Of a stretch of DNA of 64,000 bases, positions 19,156 to 26,275 are shown in pieces (within the stretch, counting starts at the first letter, position 1; each line of letters starts with the position of its first letter). The notes under the pieces were generated by a model. The model had not been told where the DNA came from, searched no databases, and saw only the letters and a program-made list of their open reading frames with translations. Made by a program: the position numbers and the translations under genes. The stretch covers positions 111-64,110 of the forward strand of contig JAFYIE010000103.1 in the NCBI GenBank assembly GCA_017538795.1, read 5' to 3'. This DNA comes from Bacteroidales bacterium. GTDB lineage: Bacteria > Bacteroidota > Bacteroidia > Bacteroidales > F082.

Positions 19156-20229
19156 ATGAAAAAGTTTTTTAAAACATTGTTTTTCATCGCATTAGGCGTG
19201 GCGGTGATCTGGACATTCAGCTATCTGTTTAAGAAATCGCAGCCAAAGGAAAAAGTGTACGAAACGGTGGAAGCTACCATCGGAACAATTGAGAAAAAAA
19301 CAGTCGTGACAGGTCAGATAAACCCAAGAGACGAGGTCGCGATAAAGCCTCAGGTGTCGGGAATCATCTCCAAAATATACAAGGAAGCTGGCCAGATGGT
19401 GAAAAAAGACGAGGTCATCGCGGTGGTAAAAATCATTCCTGATGTAGCAAACCTCACAGCCACCGAGTCGCAGGTGAAACTGGCCAAACTCAATCTTGAC
19501 AATGTGGAAAAAACGTTTGAGCGTCAGAAAACGCTGAAAGACAAGGGTTTAATCGCAGTGGAAGAGTTCGAAAAATCACAACTTGAGTATGAGCAGGCAA
19601 AGGAAAACTACAACAACGCCCTCGATCAACTCAATATCGTGAAGGAAGGTATCTCGAAAAACGCTTCGGAATACACCAACACCTCTATAAAATCGACCAT
19701 CGACGGCATGATTTTGGATGTTCCGGTGAAGGTGGGAAACAGCGTCATCAACTCGAACACGTTTAACGACGGCACAACAATAGCCACCGTCGCCGACATG
19801 CGCGACATGATTTTTGTGGGAAAAATGGACGAGACGGAAGTCGGCCGAATCAACGAGGGAATGCCGATGGTAATAACAATAGGTGCCATGAATGACAAGA
19901 AATTCGATGCTGTTCTTGAATATATCGCTCCTAAAGGAACGTCTGAAAACGGAGCTGTGTTCTTCCAGATGAAAGCTCGCATGATAATCCCTGAAAGTGT
20001 ATATCTCCGCGCCGGCTACAGCGCCAACGGCGAAATCATCACCGAACAGGCCGTCGACGCCGTGACAGTGCCTGAAAGCTGCATTATCTACAGCAACGAC
20101 AGCACTTTCGTATACAAAGATAATGTTAAAACTCCAGTTACAACAGGCCTTTCGGATGGTGTCAATATCGTCGTGACAGAAGGAATTGCCGCAGGAGATA
20201 AGATTAGAGGAAATGAAATATTCAAATGA
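19156..20229 (+). CDS. Efflux periplasmic adaptor (HlyD/MacA family)
   Basis: 357 aa with an N-terminal TM, a lipoyl/barrel-sandwich region, a coiled-coil hairpin and a beta-barrel. Its stop TGA lies in the conserved TTCAAATGAG lead-in of a repeat arm. Confidence 0.85.
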   Translation: MKKFFKTLFFIALGVAVIWTFSYLFKKSQPKEKVYETVEATIGTIEKKTVVTGQINPRDEVAIKPQVSGIISKIYKEAGQMVKKDEVIAVVKIIPDVANLTATESQVKLAKLNLDNVEKTFERQKTLKDKGLIAVEEFEKSQLEYEQAKENYNNALDQLNIVKEGISKNASEYTNTSIKSTIDGMILDVPVKVGNSVINSNTFNDGTTIATVADMRDMIFVGKMDETEVGRINEGMPMVITIGAMNDKKFDAVLEYIAPKGTSENGAVFFQMKARMIIPESVYLRAGYSANGEIITEQAVDAVTVPESCIIYSNDSTFVYKDNVKTPVTTGLSDGVNIVVTEGIAAGDKIRGNEIFK

Positions 20230-20279
20230 GATTCCTCACTTCGTTCGGAATGACAAGCACGAAGTGCGAGGAAACTCAT
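20221..20279 (+). repeat. REP-family arm plus hairpin between the adaptor and TolC genes
   Basis: The sequence is TTCAAATGAGATTCCTCACTTCGTTCGGAATGACA followed by AGCACGAAGTGCGAGGAA. TTCCTCACTTCG pairs with CGAAGTG(C)GAGGAA. Confidence 0.65.
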
Positions 20280-20300
20280 AAAATAAAAACACAATACTAT

Positions 20301-21611
20301 ATGAAAAAATTAGTTCTAATTATTGCAATAATAACAACGGCGTTGTCAGTCCGAGCCCAGAAGGTTTGGACACTCGACGAGTGTGTTGACTATGCCTTGG
20401 AGCACAATGTGAGAGTGTTACAAAGCATGGTAAGTCAGGATAACGCCATGTACCAATATAAAATGGCGAAAAACGCCTGGCTCCCGACGGTGAGCGCCGA
20501 CGCTTCAGAGTCGTTCGGTTTCGGACAATCGCCTTCATATAACGGCGTTTACGTGCAAAACAACTCGGCCTCCACTTCGTTCGGAATATCAATGGGAATG
20601 CCTCTTTTCAACGGTTTGAGCCTCTACAATCAGATGAAATCAACCAATCTTGACTATGAAGCGTCGAAAAAAGACCTCGAAGCTGTGAAATATGACTTAA
20701 AACTTTTGATAATGTCATATTACATGCAAGTCGTTTATAATAAAGAACTTAAGGCCATAGCCGAGAAACAGCTGGCCATCACTGAGGAACAGCACGCGAA
20801 GACGCAACAGCTTTTTGAACTTGGTAAAGTGGCTGAAGCGAATGTTTACGAGAGCGCGGCGCAGGTAGCGACGGCAAAATCAACGCTGGTGCAAGCAGAA
20901 AACACTTTGATGCTAAGCATATTGGATATTGTTCAAACGCTTGAATTAGAGAGTGTTGAAGGTTTCGACGTTGTATCACCTGAGATATTCACCGCCATCG
21001 ACTCGCAAAGCTTGCCTTCACAAGAAGCTACATTCGATTTCGCTCTGCAGCATCAGCCAAAAATGGAAGCGGCAAACATGCGGCTTGAAAAGACTTATTA
21101 CGACGTAAAAGCCACAAAATCAGCATGGTACCCGTCGTTGCGACTTTTTGCGGGCTACTCGAACAGCTACTACAGATATCTGTCGTCGGGATATGAAAAT
21201 GAGTCGTTTTCCAAGCAAATCGAAAACAATGGCAGAACACAAATCGGAGTCAGTTTGAGCGTGCCGATTTTCAACGCTTTCCAGACCAAATACCGGGTGA
21301 AGATGTCGAAGCTTTCCATTCAGAATCAGGAACTTGAGATCAGTAACACGGCCAAGGAGCTGAAAAAGGAGATCCAACAGGCGTTTTATAGCGCAATAGC
21401 GGCTGAGCAGAAATACAAGGCGGCGGAAGAGACATTTCTGTCGGCACAAGTAGCTTATAGGTTTTCCAACGAGAGCTTCGATGCCGGCAAATCAACGCTT
21501 CTTGAGCTGAACGAAAGCAAAAACCGTCTTTTCAAATCGGAAAGCGAGATGCTACAGGCTAAATATGATTATCTTTATCGTTTGAAAGTATTGGAATTTT
21601 ATAATAAATAA
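20301..21611 (+). CDS. TolC-family outer-membrane efflux protein
   Basis: The ORF-track start at 20226 reads through the repeat. The ATG at 20301 gives the signal peptide MKKLVLIIAIITTALSVRAQ. The protein has two TolC repeats with long coiled-coils. Confidence 0.85.
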   Translation: MKKLVLIIAIITTALSVRAQKVWTLDECVDYALEHNVRVLQSMVSQDNAMYQYKMAKNAWLPTVSADASESFGFGQSPSYNGVYVQNNSASTSFGISMGMPLFNGLSLYNQMKSTNLDYEASKKDLEAVKYDLKLLIMSYYMQVVYNKELKAIAEKQLAITEEQHAKTQQLFELGKVAEANVYESAAQVATAKSTLVQAENTLMLSILDIVQTLELESVEGFDVVSPEIFTAIDSQSLPSQEATFDFALQHQPKMEAANMRLEKTYYDVKATKSAWYPSLRLFAGYSNSYYRYLSSGYENESFSKQIENNGRTQIGVSLSVPIFNAFQTKYRVKMSKLSIQNQELEISNTAKELKKEIQQAFYSAIAAEQKYKAAEETFLSAQVAYRFSNESFDAGKSTLLELNESKNRLFKSESEMLQAKYDYLYRLKVLEFYNK

Positions 21612-21699
21612 TGTTATAGTATAATGTTATTAAAATACTATTTTTTTTCATGAAATAAAATTTTTGTAACTTTTTTCTAAAATAATGCAGCAGAAAATA

Positions 21700-21707
21700 T
21701 ATTTTTG
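21700..21707 (+). promoter_or_regulatory. -7 promoter box TATTTTTG
   Basis: Exact TAnnTTTG, 41 nt upstream of the ATG at 21748. Confidence 0.4.
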
Positions 21708-21747
21708 CGTTCTGAAAGAAAAGAAATAACATTTAAACGGAATAAAA

Positions 21748-22689
21748 ATGAAAAAATTTACATTCTTAGCAGCTTTATTGCTGTTCGCAACAATCGGTAT
21801 TTTCGCGCAAAACGCGGATACAACGATATTTGTCAACAATCACGAAATTAAGATTAATGACAGCGGTGAGAAAATCAAGATTAAAATTTACGAACTCGAA
21901 AACGGTTCAAGAACAACAAACGATCCTATTTATGAGAGTTCATATTCAAGAAAACGCGAAGGCGGACGCGTGAAACGTTTTTCTTATTCGTTCAGCAACG
22001 ACGAGATCACGACAAAAGAAGACAACGGCACAACAGTCGTCAAGTCGACAAGCAGATGGTTCACCAAAGAACTCCACCAGCCATTCCCGAACTTATATTT
22101 CTCTCATCTTGAGTTGACAGACGGTTCTTTCGGCACTTATTCAAACATGATGCATCAGAAACAGTCGTCATTTGAGTGGGGTATGTACAGCCCGATCACT
22201 ATTTACTGCACAAAAGACGAGCATTTCGGAATCGCCACGGCTTTCGGATTCAGCAACAGCTATAATTTCTTCGGTCAGGATTATGTTTTGATGATGAATG
22301 ACGATGGTAACTCGGAAATGCAGCCACTTTCAGTCTACACCAACAATGAATATACCTCAACAAGCAAGAGCTTCCTGCGTTATTGGAGTTTGAGAGTGCC
22401 TTTGACAATGCAAGCGCAGTTCAAGGTCAACAGAAGTTATCTGACATTCTCGGCCGGTGCTGAAGTTGAATGGCGTATCTGGGTGCGTTCATTCGCAAGA
22501 TACGGTGGCGCAAAACACACCATCTCGAGCGATTTGGATTACAACGCGATAGGCTTTAACGCTCTGTTCCAGGTGGGTTACAACGGCTTCATCCTCTTCA
22601 GCAGAGTGGGTCTTACCGAGATGTTCAAAAGCAATAAGCTCAACGACGTCTACCAGATGTCTGTCGGTATCGGAATTAATTTCGATTAA
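21748..22689 (+). CDS. Hypothetical secreted protein, probably an outer-membrane beta-barrel
   Basis: 313 aa. It has the signal peptide MKKFTFLAALLLFATIGIFAQ, an alternating aromatic beta-strand pattern in the C-terminal half, and ends ..GIGINFD. I did not recognise a family. Confidence 0.45.
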   Translation: MKKFTFLAALLLFATIGIFAQNADTTIFVNNHEIKINDSGEKIKIKIYELENGSRTTNDPIYESSYSRKREGGRVKRFSYSFSNDEITTKEDNGTTVVKSTSRWFTKELHQPFPNLYFSHLELTDGSFGTYSNMMHQKQSSFEWGMYSPITIYCTKDEHFGIATAFGFSNSYNFFGQDYVLMMNDDGNSEMQPLSVYTNNEYTSTSKSFLRYWSLRVPLTMQAQFKVNRSYLTFSAGAEVEWRIWVRSFARYGGAKHTISSDLDYNAIGFNALFQVGYNGFILFSRVGLTEMFKSNKLNDVYQMSVGIGINFD

Positions 22690-22714
22690 AAATATTTCAT
22701 GACGAAAAAATGTT

Positions 22715-22722
22715 TATTTTTG
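22715..22722 (+). promoter_or_regulatory. -7 promoter box TATTTTTG
   Basis: Exact TAnnTTTG, ending only 4 nt before the ATG at 22727. Confidence 0.4.
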
Positions 22723-22726
22723 CCAC

Positions 22727-23842
22727 ATGGTAGAAAATGAACATTTTGAAAATCAGAAGCACGAATGGGAATCTGCACTGCAGGTCACTGGCGGCGACCA
22801 GAATGCGGTGCAGATTAACCCTAAGGCTTTGGAACGTCTGATGCTGAGCCGTCAGAAGCTCCTCCCTTTGAAAGAATACGTCGACGGTATACTTGCCGGC
22901 GACATCACGATATTGAGCAAGGCCATCACTTTGGTTGAGAGTTCTTTGCCCGCCCACCAGAAACTTGCACAGGAAATCATAGCGGAATGCATACCTCATA
23001 GCGGCAAGGCGCTTCGTCTTGGTATCACAGGCGTTCCTGGAGCTGGAAAAAGCACTTTCATCGAGGCGCTTGGCATGGAGCTTTGCCAGCAAAACAAACG
23101 TGTCGCGGTGCTTGCCATCGACCCGAGCAGCCAACGTTCCAAGGGTAGTATCCTGGGCGACAAAACACGTATGGAGATGCTCTCGCAACAGCGCAACGCC
23201 TATATCCGACCGTCAGCGTCTGCCGGAACCTTAGGTGGCGTCGCCAGAAAAACACGCGAAGCAATAATCCTCTGCGAGGCAGCAGGCTTCGACACCATCA
23301 TAGTGGAGACCGTCGGCGTCGGACAGAGCGAGACGGCCGTCTATTCCATGGTCGATTACTTCCTTTTGCTGCTCATCGGTGGCGCAGGCGACGAGCTTCA
23401 AGGCATCAAACGCGGCATCATGGAGATGGCCGATGGCATAGTCGTGAACAAAGCCGATGGCGACAACGTGCATCGTGCCGACAGAGCCGCAGCCGAAATT
23501 CGCAACGCGGTGCATCTGTTCCCGCCGTCAGAATCGGGACAGGAGGTGAAAGTGACGACATGCTCGGCAATGACGCATTTCAACGTCCCCGAAGTTTGGA
23601 ACATGGTGCTCGAACACGTTGAAAACATAAGAAAATCAGGCTATCTCGACGAGAAACGCGCCCGCCAGGACGTGCAGATGATGCTCGACACGATTGAGAA
23701 TACGCTGAAACAAAACTTTTACGAGAACGAAAAAATCAAAAATTGGCTTGGTGTTATCGAGAAAAACGTTCAAGATAAAAAAATTAGTGCCTATGAAGGT
23801 GCAAGGAGATTGCTGGAGCTCTTTGAGGTTCCTCGCTCCTGA
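22727..23842 (+). CDS. meaB: Methylmalonyl-CoA-mutase-associated G-protein chaperone (MeaB/ArgK family GTPase)
   Basis: 371-aa ORF with the P-loop GITGVPGAGKST, then ETVGVGQSE and NKADG. The real start may be the in-frame Met at 22841. The last residues and the stop are encoded by the repeat arm. Confidence 0.82.
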   Translation: MVENEHFENQKHEWESALQVTGGDQNAVQINPKALERLMLSRQKLLPLKEYVDGILAGDITILSKAITLVESSLPAHQKLAQEIIAECIPHSGKALRLGITGVPGAGKSTFIEALGMELCQQNKRVAVLAIDPSSQRSKGSILGDKTRMEMLSQQRNAYIRPSASAGTLGGVARKTREAIILCEAAGFDTIIVETVGVGQSETAVYSMVDYFLLLLIGGAGDELQGIKRGIMEMADGIVVNKADGDNVHRADRAAAEIRNAVHLFPPSESGQEVKVTTCSAMTHFNVPEVWNMVLEHVENIRKSGYLDEKRARQDVQMMLDTIENTLKQNFYENEKIKNWLGVIEKNVQDKKISAYEGARRLLELFEVPRS

Positions 23843-23954
23843 CGGAGCTCGGAATGACAACAGGGTCTATTAAGGGTCTGGCGCGGCATGTTGAAACGAA
23901 TTAATTAGCAGGAACAAGCAAGCCGCGCTACAATGCTTCTGATTTTGTTCCTGC
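23825..23954 (+). repeat. REP/MITE-family unit A: one arm plus structured spacer, upstream of the GIY-YIG gene
   Basis: The arm GAGGTTCCTCGCTCC-TGACGGA-GCTCGGAATGACA spans 23825..23859. GCGCGGC (23881) pairs with GCCGCGC (23922). GCAGGAACAA (23908) pairs with TTGTTCCTGC (23945). Confidence 0.7.
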
Positions 23955-23983
23955 GTTAATTTTAGTAACCAAAATTTTAAAAA

Positions 23984-24295
23984 ATGAAACCAAAAAAGTT
24001 TTACATCTACATCATGACCAATAAAAGCAGAAGAGTTCTGTATATTGGTGTTACAGGTAATCTTGAACAACGTATTTTTCAACACAAAAAGCATGTGTTT
24101 AAAGGTTCTTTTACTGACAAATACAATTGTGAATATTGCATTTATTACGAAGAGTTTAGATATGTAAACGATGCGATAGCAAGAGAAACTGAACTGAAAA
24201 AATGGAACAGAAAAAAGAAAGAAAAACTGATTAGCGCTTTGAATCCGACATGGCGCGAATTAGTTAATGAAAACGGCTATATACGTAACAAGTGA
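23984..24295 (+). CDS. GIY-YIG nuclease family protein (UPF0213/COG2827-like)
   Basis: 103 aa. It has the motifs FYIYIMTN..RVLYIGVTGNLEQRIFQH and the conserved downstream Arg/Glu (AIARETELK). Confidence 0.85.
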   Translation: MKPKKFYIYIMTNKSRRVLYIGVTGNLEQRIFQHKKHVFKGSFTDKYNCEYCIYYEEFRYVNDAIARETELKKWNRKKKEKLISALNPTWRELVNENGYIRNK

Positions 24296-24309
24296 TGTGA
24301 TATCACGAT

Positions 24310-24464
24310 GAGGTTCCTCGCTGCGCTCGGAATGACAGTAGAGTCATTTTGAGTTACTGTTTTGCGCGGCGAAACGTTGCGATGTGATTTGCAAAAACCA
24401 TCAAGCCGCGCTTAATTTGTCCCCATGTTTTAGCCTCTGTCATTCCGAGCGCAGCGAGGAACCT
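24310..24464. mobile_element. MITE-like element (unit B) with 27-bp perfect terminal inverted repeats and no ORF
   Basis: AGGTTCCTCGCTGCGCTCGGAATGACA at 24311..24337 is the exact reverse complement of 24438..24464. There is an internal GCGCGGC/GCCGCGC stem (24364/24405). The layout matches unit A. Confidence 0.65.
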
Positions 24465-24592
24465 TGTTAACGTAGTTCTTGGTTCAGCGAGCGGGTTTGT
24501 TGATAAAATGTTGAAAAAATTGTCGAACGTATAATTTTTTGCCGTATCTTTGCCAGTCCAAATTACATTGTAAAATTTAAAATAAAAAAATA

Positions 24593-24600
24593 TAATTTTG
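24593..24600 (+). promoter_or_regulatory. -7 promoter box TAATTTTG for glnA; a second exact box TATCTTTG lies at 24545..24552
   Basis: Both are exact TAnnTTTG matches upstream of the ATG at 24609. Confidence 0.4.
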
Positions 24601-24608
24601 CACTAATC

Positions 24609-26120
24609 ATGGACGCAAGAATTCAAATGAATCCAAACCTGTTGGTTCGCTATCTTCAGAAACCGGCAGCAGAGTTTACAAAACTAGACATTATCCGCTA
24701 TTGCGAAGAAAATCAAGTGGAATTTATTAACTTCCATTATTGTGGCTGGGACGGCAGGCTGAAAACCCTCAACTTTGTTGTCCATAGTTACGAACACCTC
24801 GACAATATCCTCTCGGCAGGAGAACGTGTTGACGGCTCAAGCCTGTTCCCGTTTATCGAGGCAGGAAAGAGCGACCTTTACGTGATGCCGAAATTCAGAA
24901 CGGCCTTCCGTAACCCGTTTACAGAGATTCCGACAGTCGACATCCTTTGCTCGTTCTACAACCGCGACGGAGAACCTTTCGAGAGCTCACCTGAGTACAT
25001 CCTCCACAAGGCTCATCAGGTGTTCCAGAAGACCACAGGCCTCAAGATGGAAACCATGGGCGAACTCGAATACTACATCATAGCCGACGATGAGGAGACA
25101 TACGAAGTGCCTGACCAGAAAGGCTATCACGAGAGCGCTCCGTTCAACAAATTCACCGATTACCGTGTGGAGGCCATGCGCCTTATCGCACAAGCCGGCG
25201 GTCTCATCAAATACGGCCATTCGGAGGTGGGTAACTTCACCAAAGACGGCAAGATTTATGAGCAAAACGAGATAGAATTTTTGCCTACAAACATAGAAGA
25301 CGCAGCCGACCAACTCGTTGTGGCTAAATGGATTATGCGTCAACTCGCATACCAGTACGGAGTGACAATCACATTCGCTCCGAAGATCACCGTGGGCAAG
25401 GCCGGAAGCGGTCTGCACGTGCACTGCAAATTCACCAAGAACGGCAAGAGCGTGATGGTGCGTAACGGCGAGCTCACCGACTACGCCAAGAAAGCCATCG
25501 CGGGATACATGATGGCAGGTACCTCTTTGCCGGCATTCGGCAATCCTAACCCGTTGTCGTTCATGCGTTTGGTGCCTCACCAGGAGGCTCCTACATCGCT
25601 CTGCTGGTCGTTCTCAAACCGCAGCGCTTTGGTACGTGTTCCTCTCGGCTGGATCAACAACGGAAAAGACATGCTAGCCGACTGCAATCCTGTTGAGAAA
25701 CCTTCGAACCGCGATTTCAGCGACAAACAGACATTCGAGTGGCGCGCTTCGGACGGTTGTGCCGACCTCTATCTGCTTATGGCGGCATTGTGCGCGGCGG
25801 CACGCTACGGCATGGAAAGCCCTGACGCCCTCAAAGTGGCTGAGAAGACATACGTGGGTCTTGGCGTGAACATTCACGACGACAAGAACAAGAAAGTTGC
25901 CGAAGCACTCGAGCAGCTTCCTGACTCATGCGTGAGAGCCGCCGAAGAGCTCGAAAAAGATCGTGCCATCTACACGGCAAAGGGCGTATTTTCTGACAAT
26001 ATCATCGATTATCTCATCAAATATCTCAGAAATTTCAACGATGCGAATTTGCGCGCGGAACTTGGAAATGACGAGGAAAAAATCATGAAATTGGTGAAAG
26101 AAAATATCCATGTCGGATAA
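24609..26120 (+). CDS. glnA: Glutamine synthetase (about 500 aa form)
   Basis: 503 aa. It has an N-terminal beta-grasp domain and a catalytic domain with the GS motifs (KAGSGLHVHCKF, HQEAPT, NRSALVRVP). Confidence 0.82.
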   Translation: MDARIQMNPNLLVRYLQKPAAEFTKLDIIRYCEENQVEFINFHYCGWDGRLKTLNFVVHSYEHLDNILSAGERVDGSSLFPFIEAGKSDLYVMPKFRTAFRNPFTEIPTVDILCSFYNRDGEPFESSPEYILHKAHQVFQKTTGLKMETMGELEYYIIADDEETYEVPDQKGYHESAPFNKFTDYRVEAMRLIAQAGGLIKYGHSEVGNFTKDGKIYEQNEIEFLPTNIEDAADQLVVAKWIMRQLAYQYGVTITFAPKITVGKAGSGLHVHCKFTKNGKSVMVRNGELTDYAKKAIAGYMMAGTSLPAFGNPNPLSFMRLVPHQEAPTSLCWSFSNRSALVRVPLGWINNGKDMLADCNPVEKPSNRDFSDKQTFEWRASDGCADLYLLMAALCAAARYGMESPDALKVAEKTYVGLGVNIHDDKNKKVAEALEQLPDSCVRAAEELEKDRAIYTAKGVFSDNIIDYLIKYLRNFNDANLRAELGNDEEKIMKLVKENIHVG

Positions 26121-26182
26121 AAAATTTGCAGGTCTGTTGAAAAAAAAATGAAAAAATCGCATGCGCGTATTTAAAAAGTGCG

Positions 26183-26190
26183 TATATTTG
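26183..26190 (+). promoter_or_regulatory. -7 promoter box TATATTTG for giant gene 1
   Basis: Exact TAnnTTTG, 86 nt upstream of the ATG at 26276. Confidence 0.4.
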
Positions 26191-26275
26191 CGAGTTAAAA
26201 ATGACAAAAAATAAGGTTTAAAACTTTAAAAATAGAAGACAATTAACAAATTTTATTAACAAAATCATTCAAATT

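Noticed and set aside
20226-20300. 25-codon N-terminal extension of the TolC ORF in the ORF track (MRFLTSFGMTSTKCEETHKIKTQYY)
   Set aside because: The extension is encoded by the REP-family arm and hairpin. The internal ATG at 20301 gives a normal signal peptide. The same logic applies to the TTG starts at 5446, 48793 and 62210, which overlap -7 boxes, and to the start at 55427, which would overlap gldG by 94 nt.
23984-24295. The GIY-YIG gene as a homing endonuclease of a group I intron or an intein
   Set aside because: It is free-standing in an intergenic region and interrupts no host gene. I saw no intron-like conserved structure. The size and motifs fit the small stand-alone UPF0213/COG2827-type proteins.
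24609-26120. Glutamine synthetase as type III (GlnN), which is typical for Bacteroides
   Set aside because: From memory, type III enzymes are about 700 aa or more. This ORF is 503 aa with intact ends and its own promoter boxes. I therefore called it only a roughly 500-aa GS-family enzyme without a type assignment.
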